The notes beneath the pieces were generated by a model. It worked only from the letters and a program-made list of their open reading frames with translations, did no database searches and had not been told where the DNA came from. The position numbers and the translations under genes were made by a program. DNA of 64,000 bases from Malacoraja senta. Taxonomy: Eukaryota. Shown here piece after piece: positions 22,901 through 34,150 of this stretch. Where the stretch lies: NCBI GenBank assembly GCA_038087875.1, contig CM075993.1:4280001-4344000 (forward strand). Reading direction: 5' to 3'. Position 1 is the first letter of the stretch, and each line of letters opens with the position of its first letter.

Positions 22901-25900
22901 TGGAATATCTCGCACACAATAACCTGTTACCCACGTCTGAGAGCATTCACACTTCCAGGGTGGAATGTGGATGTGTAGGAGCTGGGAAAATCTGAATGAC
23001 AATGGAACAGGCACTTGACATTTCTCGAGGGCTGTTTGCTTCCTCTATAAACATGCCTGACCTATTATCTGCAGCAAATGTTTCAAGTGTTTAGATGGGA
23101 CAGGTCCAGTCAATGACATTGTAATAGATCTTCCAATCCAATATGACCATCTTTCATCGATCTACACTTAGAATTGGCACACGTCCGCACAGTTTCAGCC
23201 TGGTCCCTGTTTTAAAGTGTGTAGGAAGGAACTGCAGGTGCCGAAGATAGACACAAAAAGCTGGAGTAACTCAGCGGGACAGGAGGCAGCATCTCTGGAG
23301 AGAAGGGAAGGGTTTAAAGCTGTCACTTTTATCCTCCCCCTGTTTAATTTCCCAGCCAATTCGCAAAATAAGACAAATTATGATTTTTGACCTGATTTTC
23401 GCGTTTTGCTGTGTGTTCTTCCCAGTTAATTCCTCTCATATTGAATTCCCTCTTTTATTTGATTTTCTTGAGATTAAATGATGGAAATAGAGTGAGGCAA
23501 ATTTTCAGAGATTCTGGTCAAACATGTATCTTGGCAAGTCAATACTTTCGTTTTAGTTTGGAGATACAGCAGGGGAAAGGGGCCCTTCGGCCCACCGGGT
23601 CCGCGCCGACCCGGCACATTAACACTATCCTACACACACTAGGGACATTTTTTAAAAACATTTACCAAGCCAATTAACCTACGTCTTTGGATTGTGGGAG
23701 GAAACCGAAGATCTCGGAGAAAACCCACGCAGGTCACGGGAAGAACGTACAAACTCCGTACAGACAGCGCCCGTGGTCAGGATCGAACCCGTGTCTCTAT
23801 GGCGCTGTAAGGCAGCAACTCTACCGCTGCGCCACCATGCCACCCCACTTGAAGTAATACTGAAACAACCCCCATTACCTGCTGGCTTTGTCAATGTTGT
23901 GGCGCCCAAGCGTTTTATACATTGAATTTCCAGCTGAATTAAAACTAAATTCAAAACATAAAGACTTACGCAGCAGCGAAAATACTGACCTAAAATCCTC
24001 GAAAAACCATCAGCAAAATTGTGTTACTGTCTTTAATTGACTAAAATATGTCTTTAATTAGAGTGGACAACTCTTTACCATCTAAGTGCTGGAGGAACTC
24101 AGCGGGTCAGGCAGCATCTGTGGAGGGAATAGACAGGCGCGGTTTCGGCTTCTTCAGATAGATTGGTTGATAGCACAGATGCTGTCCGAACCGCTGAGTT
24201 TAGTTTGGAGATATAGCGTGGAAACGGGCCCTTTGGCCCACTGAGTCCATGCCGACCATTAATTACTCATCAGTTATTCCACTTTCTAATACATCCCTTA
24301 CACACTGGGGGAAACATCGCCGGTCAATGTGTAGGAAGGAACTGCAGGTGCTGGTAGATAGACACAAAAAGCTGGAGTAACTCAGTGGGACAGGCGGCAT
24401 CTCTGGAGAGAAGGAATGGGGTGACGTTTCGGGTCGAGACCAGACCCGTCTCGAAGGGCCAAATGGCCTACTCCTGCACCTATTGTCTATTGACCCGAAA
24501 CGCGACCCATTCCTTCTCTCTATAGATGCTGCCTGTCCCGCTGAGTTACTCCAGCATTTCGTGTCCATCTTCGGTTTAAACCAGCATCTGCAGTTCCTTC
24601 CTACACATGGGGAAGATGGCATTGAGGCTGGGAAAGAGGGCAGAGAAACGCCTTCAAGTGTGAAAAAATAGTACAAAGCCTCAGTCGCCGAGCTTCCTAA
24701 ACTTTTAGCGCTGTTGATAATGGCATCGTTTTATTACCGTCTGCAATCACACCGCAATAAAAGCGCGCTCAGCCCTCTGTGCTGCGAATGGGTGTACTGA
24801 GCATCGGCGAGGCTGTTAAAACATTTTATATAGATGCAAAGAGACGGGCGAAAGCCCCCAGTTAATGCCTTGAGTCTGACCCTGTGCGAGGTAATTACAA
24901 ACAGATTGTACTTGGAACATTATTCCACAGAGACGCTAAGATTCCAATTCTTCACAGGGGCCTCTATGTTTTAACTAACCTAACCTTCACTGCGGTTCTG
25001 TTGTATGTTACCCCCCCCCCCCCCCCCCTCCCCTGCATCAATCGTTTATTGTCTACACAATGTATCCCACTAAATATTAAGGCGCTTCTTCTATTGCCCT
25101 GGAAGCTATTTTTAATCCCATGTTAAAAGTTCAATGAAGATTTAGAGGAAATCTAGCCTGCCAGTTTGTATACTGTTTGCTTTGCATTGAACATTTCTTA
25201 CCCTCTCTCCCTCTTCCCATCTCTCGTCTGTCTCCCCCCCCTTCCCCCCCCTCACTCCAGCCCACATCTCTCCACATAAACTCGAGTGCTTTCACTTTCA
25301 GTCTGTTTATGTAACTTGGTGCTGTTTCTGTACACACTGGCGCTCAGACAAAGGCCGATGACTACCAAATGTATACAGGTAGCGATTCCCTTCCAGAGTA
25401 AACTCTCACTTCTCTGTTCAATAAACAGCGGCCGTTCCACAAGGCGCCCACCCCCACCCTCCGCGCTTCTTGCTACAGCCGTGTTTATTTGAGTATTCGT
25501 GTTATTATGAACCATTAAAATTACAATCTGCCAGAGTAACTTTTGAGGGAAGAATGATTTATTTTTAAACAAAGCAGTTTAAAGTGAGATGATGCTGCCT
25601 CATGCCCCGCTGAGTTACTCCAGCATTTTGTGTCTATCTTCGGTTAAAACCAGCATCTGCAGTTCCTTCCCTCACAAAGCGGTTTAAATGTTTACGAAGG
25701 ATTCTTTAAAAGTAATATTTATTAAGACGTTGAAAGAGAAACATCATGAAATTCAGTGATAGCATTCACTATATTCCTGGTGGAACTCAGCGGGTCAGGC
25801 AGCATCTGTGGAGGGAATGGACAGATGATGATTCAGATCGGGAGCCTTCTTCACATTGGTGTGGGGAGGGGAGGGGTGTGAAGCTGGAAAAGAGAGGCGT

Positions 25901-25923
25901 GGACGGGTTAAAGTTTGTGTTTT

Positions 25924-26253
25924 TCTCAAGATTCCAGCATCTATAGTTCCTATAGCATCTCAAGATTCCAGCATCTATAGTTCCTATAGCATCTCAAGAT
26001 TCCAGCATCTATAGTTCCTATAGCATCTCAAGATTCCAGCATCTATAGTTCCTATAGCATCTCAAGATTCCAGCATCTATAGTTCCTATAGCATCTCAAG
26101 ATTCCAGCATCTATAGTGCCTATAGCATCTCAAGATTCCAGCATCTATAGTTCCTATAGCATCTCAAGATTCCAGCATCTATAGTGCCTATAGCATCTCA
26201 AGATTCCAGCATCTATAGTTCCTATAGCATCTTAAGATTCCAGCATCTATAGT
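25924..26253. repeat. 34-bp tandem minisatellite, about 9.7 copies
   Basis: Unit TCTCAAGATTCCAGCATCTATAGTTCCTATAGCA. Confidence 0.95.
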
Positions 26254-29200
26254 CTGAAGAAGGGTTTCGGCCTGAAACGTTACCTATTTCCCTCGCTCCA
26301 TAGATGCTGCCTCACCCGCTGAGTTTCTCCAGCATTTTTGTCTACCTTCTATAGTTCCAGACTTTGTCCTACCCCCACCACCCTTGTCCAGCTTTCTCCC
26401 CCTCCCCATGAGAGGAATAGATCGGGTAGATGCACAGAGTCTCTTGCTCAGGGTAGGGGAATCGAGGACCAGAAGACATACATTTAAGGTGAAGGGGAAG
26501 AGATTTAATAGGAATCTGAGGGGTAACCTATCCACACAAAGGGTGGTGGATGTATGGAACGAGCTGCCAGAGGAGGTAGTTGAGGCAGGGACCATCGCAA
26601 CATATAAGAAACAGTTAGACAGGTACATGGATAGGACAGGTTTGGAGGGATATGTACTAATGGGACTAGTGTAGCTGGGACATGTTGGCCTGTGTGGGCA
26701 GGTTTGTCCGAAGGGCCTGTTTCCACGCTATAACTCTACTCCAATCAGTCTGAAGAAGGAGGTACACAAAAATGCTGGAGAAACTCAGCGGGTGCAGCAG
26801 CATCTATGGAGCGAAGGAAATAGGCAACGTTTCGGGCTGAAACCCTTCTTCAGACTGATGATAGGATCCTGATCAGAAATGTCTTCCGTCCATCTCCTCC
26901 ACAGATGCTCCCTGACCCGCTGAGTTCCTCCAGCACTGTGTGCTTTATTCATGATGCCAGCATCTGCAGTTCCTTGCCTGGTCATGACATCTCAAAGCGT
27001 TTACCAATCCAGGGAGTTCATCTTTTGAAACATTGTGGCAGGTGTAACATGGCCACGGTTTGCACAGGTAGATCCCACAATCAGCAAGGTGATAAAGGCC
27101 AGGTGATCTTTTATTAACAATGATTGGGGGGAATAAATATTATCCTTGCTATTTTTTTCCGAAGTAGTACCATGTGATCTTGTTAGATCAGAGATCATAA
27201 GACATTAGGCCATTCGGCCCTTCGAGTCTCCTCCTTTTCCTTACCCAAGAGTGGGAAGGTCCTCATTTGGGCAGCTTACAACCTAGCGGTATGAATATTG
27301 ATTTATCTAACTTCAAGTAACCCCTGCATCTCTGTCCTTCCCCCACCATAATTGTTGTACCAGCTTCAAAACTGTCTTGTTCAGTCTCATTGTAATTCGT
27401 TTTCACCTAGCCCACAGCTCCTCTTCTTCTTGCGTATGGCGTGCACAGCCTAAAGTTGTAGGACAGCTTGTTCTATTTGATCTTATTTGATTGTGCACTC
27501 CGGGTCGAAACAAGACGGACCACGTGAAGGTTGCAACCTTCCACCCCAGCCCACAGCTAACAACGGCCTCTTTCCTTTATCATCGTTACTTGTTTGAATA
27601 TCTTGCATTCATCATTTCTGTATCTCTCTCGTTTCCCTTTCCCTTAGGCTCTCTGTCTGAAGAAGGGCCTCGACCCGAAATGTCACCTATTCCTTTTCTC
27701 CCGAGATGCCACCTGACCCGCTGAGTTACTCCAGCTTTTTGTGCCTTAAGAATGTCATTGTTCCGTGTTGGGACAAAAAAACATGACATTATTGACTCTT
27801 GCTGCAATAGGTCAGGCAGCATCTATGTAAAAAACAGCTACGATGTTAGCTGTTTCTTTTTCCCTCCACAGATGCTGCCCGACTTATTGGGTGTTTAATG
27901 CATTTTCAGCATCTGCAGTTTTGTTTCAGTTTTCATTTGTGTTGAAGGTAGACAAAAATGCTGGAGAAACTCAGCGGGTGAGGCAGCATCTATGGAGCGA
28001 AGGAATAGGCAACGTTTCGGGCCGAAACCCTTCTTCAGACTGAAGAACCCTTCTTCATTTGTGTTGATGCTGTCAATAACTTGGTGGGGGGAGGGGAAGG
28101 GGGAAGGGAGGGCAAAGACCCCAATGCAGAGTGCAGGGTGGAGGGGAGGGGAGGGGGTTGTCACTGGAGGAGGCTGTAGGAGCAAGAGTAAAAATGGTGA
28201 AGAGAGAGCTTTAAATGCTAACATCTAACAGGGAGGTGCTGACTAAGCGGAAATTATGGAGGCCAGTCGGGACAGAGAGGGCAGAAGACAGGGTGCAATC
28301 AGTCCAATGCACTTTGCCACAACCTTCTTTGGAGAGAGGTTGTCCCATTGACAATAGTAACTGTGACTGAGGGATACTCACAGAGAGACGATGAGGATTG
28401 GAAACTGCTGAAGAATTTGTCCCAGTGAAGATTAGAGATGAAAGTCACTAAATATTTTAAGCAAAACCTTTAGACCCGGTCCAGAGTAGCCCAGTCTGAT
28501 GTGGGATGGAACTGGCGATATGGGAATTAAAATACTTTATCCCTATAAGGTCGCTGTTCACATTCACAAGTCATAGGAGTAGAATTAGGCCATTCAGCCC
28601 ATCTAGTCTACTCTGCCATTCATGATCTCTGACTCCAAATCCCATTTTTCTGGTTTCTCCCCATAACCCTTGACACCCGTTCTAATCAAGAATTTGTCTA
28701 AGAGATAGACAATGTCCTAAGCCTTAACAATGTCCACTGACTTGGCCTTTACAGCCCTCTGTGGCAATGAGTTCCTCAGATTAACTACCCTCTGACTAAA
28801 GAAGTTCCTCCTCACCTCCTTTCTAAAAGTGCTGTTGCCCCTACCCGATCACACAAAGACCGCACAGCCAATGAATTACTTTTGCATGCAAAGTCCCCAC
28901 TGCGAACAAACACTTCAATCTGCGCACAGCCAAGATCCCAGAAGCAACAACGCAACCATACCAGCGATGCAGGGAACTGCAGATGTTGGATTTTAGAGCC
29001 AAGACAGAAAGTGCTGGAGGGACCCAGCGGATCAGGCAGCACCTGTGGACAGGTAACAAGCACCCCCTCCATGACACACTTGTCAACCTGAGGAGCACCT
29101 TCAGCAACAGGCTGGTTCCACCAAGATGCAGCACAGAACGCCACAGGAGATCCTTCTTCCCTGTGGCTATCAAACTGTACAACCCCTCCCCATCTGTCAT

Positions 29201-31758
29201 GGGGTAGACTGACCCCCCCCCCCCCCACCAATCTTCGCACATCCCCAATCCTTTCCACTCGTCACTTTAATTTAATGTTTCATGTACCTTGTGTTTTATG
29301 ACTGTTGGCAGAACAATTTCCCTCCTGGGATAAATAAGGTTCTATCGTATCGTACATTTGGGGTTGGGACCCTTCTTCAGACTGTGAGTAGGGAGGAGAG
29401 AGGTGGAAGAGAGGGGGCGGGACTGGGGAGTGATAGGTGGATACAGGTGAGGAGGGGGGTGGGAGGTTGATTGGCAGATGGGTGGTGTAAGTGGCATAAG
29501 CTGGAGATGAAAAGGAGACCAAATGGTTTTGTTTATTGTCACGTGTACCGAGGTACAGTGTTGCAGCTTTCGTTGCGTGCTATCCAGTCAGCGGAAAGAC
29601 AATACATGATTACAATCGAGCCATTTACAGTGTATAGATACATGATAAGGGAATAACGTTTAGTGCAAGGTTAAACCAGCAAAGTCCGATCAAGGATAGT
29701 CCGAGGGTCACCAATGAGGTAGATAGTAGTTCAGTAGTTCGGCTGGTGTCAGATAAAGAAAGAAGAGGAGGAGTGAAATGTAAAACTGGAGGGAGGGAGA
29801 TGGATGGAAGGGAACAGAGGGGAGGGGAAAGAGGGAAATATGGGAATCCCGGATGGGAGATGTGTGTATGGAGAGGGTGAGGAGTGGGGTGACTTTGCTG
29901 GTGGGAGAAATGAGCGTGTGGGGAGGGGGGGGGGGGACAGAACGGGGTTAGGACTGGGGTACTTCTCGAAATTGGAGAATTCAACATTCACACATAGAAA
30001 CAAAAAACTGCAGATGCTGATTATTACACAAAATGACTCTTTATGGGGTTTTTTTATAGACCTTTACAGGGATATGGTCCAAACGCAGGCATGTGGGACC
30101 AGTGTAGCTGGGGCATGTTGGCCGGTGTGGGCAAGTTGGGCCGAAGGGCCTGTTTCCACGCTGTATCACTCTATGAGTCTATGAATTCGTATCTTCAACG
30201 TTCATAGCATCGGGTTGTTGGTTACCTAAGCGGAACATGACGCGCGGTTCTCTTCCAGTTAATGTACCAAACATGCCATCACAATTCAGCTGAGACACAG
30301 GGGAACTGCAGATGCTGGAATCTTGATCGAGACACAAAGTGCTGGAGGAACTCAGCGGCTCAGGCAGCAGCTGGGGAGGGGAATGGACAGGCGACGTTTC
30401 GGATCTTCACACAGCTGACTGGCAGGTCAGTTGAGAATGAATAACAGCGACACAGGCTACACGTGTTCCGGACATCTGGCTAAATTTCCATTTCAATGTA
30501 AATAGGAGATAGACACACAATGCTGGAGTGACTCAGCGGGACAGGCATCATCTCTGGAGAGAAGGAATGGGTGACGTTTTGGGTCGAGACCCTTCTTCAG
30601 GGGAGAAATGGTGATGTGGTCGCGGGGTAAATACAGGTGGGATGCCACAGGGAGAGGGTGGGGTAGAATATTCCCCTTACTTTACGTGACATACAAGTGG
30701 CGCTTTAGTGACTTTTTGACGGCAGTGCGGGGGATAGGAGTATGGATTATAAACAGGCAGAGATGCTGCCTGTCCCACTGAGTTACTCCAGCTTTTTGTG
30801 TCTCTCTTCGGTATGGATCATATAGATAAACCCGAACTTGGCATTCATGTTCGGCACAGACATTGTGGGCCGAAGGGCCTGTTCTGTACTGTTTTCTGTA
30901 GGAAGGAACTGCAGATGCTGGTTTAAACCGAAAATAGACACAAAAAAGCTGGAGTAACTCAGCGGGACAGGCAGCATCTCTGGAGAGAAGGAATGGGTGA
31001 CGTTTCGGGTCGAGACCCTTCTGTACTGTTTTAACAGGCCCTTCGGCCCACCGAGTCCGCACCGACCAGCGATCCCCGCACACTAACACCATCCATCCTA
31101 CACACACTAGGGACAATGTACATGTTGTGTTACACAAGCCAATTATCCTACAAACCTTTTGTTTAAGAAGGACCTGCAGATGCTGGAAAATCGAAGGTAG
31201 ACAAAATTTTCCAGCATCTGCAGTTCCTTCTTAAACACTTTGTCCATCAGTCTGAAGAAGGGTTTCGGCCCGAAACGTTGCCTATTTCCTTCGCTCCATA
31301 GATGCTGCTGCACCCGCTGAGTTTCTCCAGCACTTTTGTCTATCCTACAAACCTATAGGTCTTTGGAGTGTGGGAAGGAAACCGGAGCACCCGGTGAAAA
31401 ACCCACGCGGTCACATGGAGAAAGATACTAGAGCGGAGAGCAGACCAAAGATACTATTCCCCGCTCTAGTATAGTTGGTACAGACTCCGTACAGCCAGCA
31501 CCCGTAGTCGGGATCGAACCCGGGTCTCGGGCGCTGTCAGGCAGCAACTCTACCGCTGCGCCACCCAACTCAGCCGCAACTTTCTGAGACCCGCTGAACC
31601 TCAACCGTGGAGACTGCGCGACAGACCGACTTGCAGTTTGATAACGGGATAATGGAGCAGGAAGTATCGGGTTCGCTGTCAATCCGCGCACACGGAGAGA
31701 GGGAAAAAAAACACAATTGCAGAAATCGAGCAAATCCAATACAAAACCGTGGCCCGAA

Positions 31759-31764
31759 TTTATT
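31759..31764 (-). terminator. Probable polyadenylation signal of the GAS1-like gene
   Basis: AATAAA on -, preceded by AU-rich UTR-like sequence and followed by a GT-rich element. Confidence 0.6.
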
Positions 31765-32167
31765 TCGAATATACAGTCGCTCAAAACCATAAATAGTGCC
31801 AAAAATGTGTACCAACAAAAATCTTCGTACAAAATCTACAAGTTGTCCCAGTCTTGCTGCCCCATCGTCAAGGGATCCTGTAAACTGTACACGAAACGCG
31901 GAGTTTTGTTCGGTTTGAGTCGAGTCGAGCCAAATCCCAAGATTGTAGAACGAGTGGATTTGCACATGGCGTTAAACAAAAATCCCAGCCGGGAAACGGG
32001 GGCTGATTGTAAGACAGAAATTATATCCGAGTCAATGTGATCTTGAGCAGAAACACAAGAAGAAAAGTGCTGGAGGAACTCAGCGGGTCAGGCAGCGTCT
32101 GTGGGGGGGAATGGACAGCGGGTATTTCGTGTCTTCAGAATGTGTCTGCGTCTTAATTTGATCTCAA

Positions 32168-32592
32168 TGTGTCTGTGCGCATCGTGTGTGTGTGTGTGTG
32201 TGGCTGTGTGTGGCTATGTGTGTGTGTGGCTATGTGTGTGTGTGTGTGTGTGGCTGTGTGTGGCTATGTGTGTGTGTGTGTGTGGCTATGTGTGTGTGTG
32301 CCTTTGTGTGTGCGCGCTTGTATGTGTATCTGTGTGTGTGCCTGTGTGTATGTATCTCTGTGTGTGCGTGTGCGTGTGCGCCATTGTGTGTGTGTGTGCC
32401 TGTATGTGTGTGTGCCTGTGTGTCTGTGTGTGTGGCTATGTGTGCCTGTGTGTGTGTGTGGCTATGTGTGCCTATGTGTGTGTGTGCCCGTGTGTGTGTG
32501 CCTCTGTGTGCGTGTGCGCCATTGTGTGTGTGTGTGTGTGCGCTTGTGTGTGTGTGTGTGTTTAGTTGCTAATCTGTAAACACTGCGGCGCT

Positions 32593-32624
<32 letters not shown>

Positions 32625-32640
32625 GAGAGAGAGAGAGAGG
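32168..32640. repeat. Compound (TG)n microsatellite in the predicted GAS1-like 3' UTR
   Basis: Direct inspection; lies between the stop (32698) and polyA signal (31759). Confidence 0.9.
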
Positions 32641-32697
32641 GGCAGAGCAGAGATTGAAAAAACAAACAAACCTGCAAATAATTGTTTGCACAAAGTA

Positions 32698-33464
32698 TTA
32701 TAGAAACCACAAGCCTGGAAGCAGAATGAGGAGAAGTGGGGAACACGTGTGTGCCGCAGAGAAGTTGGATTCCGGGACACTTTGGTGCGGTTTTAAATCT
32801 GTTCTGTTTATTTCATAATCCTCATATTCATAATTCTCATCGGAGTCCGGCGTGGCCGTCAGAAACGAGTGGCCGTTGATGGCACAGAATTTCTGAATGT
32901 TCTCCTTAACCACTTCACAGAAAGGCCTCTCCACGCCGTCGCAGACACATGTGTTGAGCAGAATGCCAGTGGGGATGGAGAGGAGGTAGTGGATGGTGTC
33001 CCGGCACACCGCCGTGCACCTCCTCCCGTTAAAGAGCTGCCCGCAGTTGGAGAGGTAATCCTTCATCGCCCCGTGACACACCGACTCATCCTCGCACTTC
33101 TGCCGCGCTTTGGTACAGCCGAGATCCGACTCGCCGCTGTACCTCCGGGGCAAGCACGGCTCGATGGCCCCTCTTGGCCCGCCTGCATTGGGCGTCCTGG
33201 TCGCAGTCACAGTTCTCCAGCTCCGGCCCGTTCACAGTCTGGTTGAGTTTGACCAAGGCGCCGATGCAGTGGCTGGGGCAGTGCCTCCGCAGGGCCCTTC
33301 AGGAAGGGCTCGCAAGCCGCGCTGTACTGGCTGTAAGCCCACTTGCACTCTTTCTCCTGCTGGCAACGCAGCAGCGCCTGCCAACACACCGACTGAGCCC
33401 CGGTCACCGGCCTAAAGCACGCCACGATCGCCAGGTACCAGCACAGCCCGACTGCCCGCAGCAT
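32698..33464 (-). CDS. GAS1-like protein (signal peptide, two Cys-rich GFRalpha-like domains, GPI signal); intronless; two +1 frameshifts in this assembly; about 254 aa when corrected
   Basis: Three frame segments: ...VCWQALLRCQQEKECKWAYSQYSAACEPFLKG / LRRHCPSHCIGALVKLNQTVNGPELENCDCDQDAQCRRAKR / AIEPCLPR...GCTKARQKC...CVCDGVERPFCEVVKENI...LLLILLPGLWFL*, matching GAS1 motifs (CWQALL, CPSHCI, AIEPCLPR, CVCDG.ERP.CE). Span 767 nt = 765 + 2. Confidence 0.9.
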
Positions 33465-34063
33465 TCTTCAGGGTTCGCACGACCATCCGCGCCCTGCTTT
33501 AAAGCGACCGCATCTCGCCAGCGGGATCCCAAGCGCTCGTCTCTCTCTCTGTGTGTAGGGAACCCTCGGAGTCGCATTCCAGCAGGGTCGGTGCACGGGT
33601 TAAAACATCTCCCCCCCTCTTTAATTCCCACCGGTGTTAGCGATCAAGCGAGAAGTTGACTCTGGCGAGTTCCCTGACGGTAGTGGCAGTATTGTTCACC
33701 AAATGACCCATTCCAGTTGAAGGCAATATCTTCCCCCCTTTGTTCTGAACTCTCCCAGTCCCAAACACACAGCTGGAAACGGAGATTTGCCGCCGTTTTT
33801 TACGAGACGCAAAGGCTTTTTTTTTCTCACAGTCCTTCAACCCGTCTCTAAAGTGCCAACTGTTCCACTTCACGCTTGATTTAACTTTCTTTTCTCTCTC
33901 CCCTCTTTTTTTCCTCCAGAAAAAAAAAAAGCCCAAACTCCCTGAAACTCTCGCCTTTCCCTCCCCAAAACGGGGTGACGGCAGAGAGAGAGAGAGTCCA
34001 CAAAAAAAAAAGTCAAAAAGAGAGAGGGGGAAAAAAAATCTCTTACTTTCATCCCGAAATGGG

Positions 34064-34150
34064 ATTGGTCGAGTTTTTTTTTAGGGTTGTACAGATTGGG
34101 ATTGGTTTCCATAGCGACTCTCAAAATTTTTTGGCAGGCCACACGTCACA
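34064..34150 (-). promoter_or_regulatory. Candidate GAS1-like promoter module: three CCAAT boxes, X-box-like site, CRE-like site
   Basis: ATTGG at 34064, 34095, 34101; GTTTCCATAGCGAC 34105..34118; ACACGTCA at 34141; about 600 bp upstream of the ATG. Confidence 0.5.

Noticed and set aside
25924..26253. 34-bp repeat array as a CRISPR array
   Set aside because: Units are head-to-tail with no unique spacers, there are no cas genes, and the context is vertebrate
32101..32579. Cys/Val-rich ORFs
   Set aside because: Translation of the TG microsatellite
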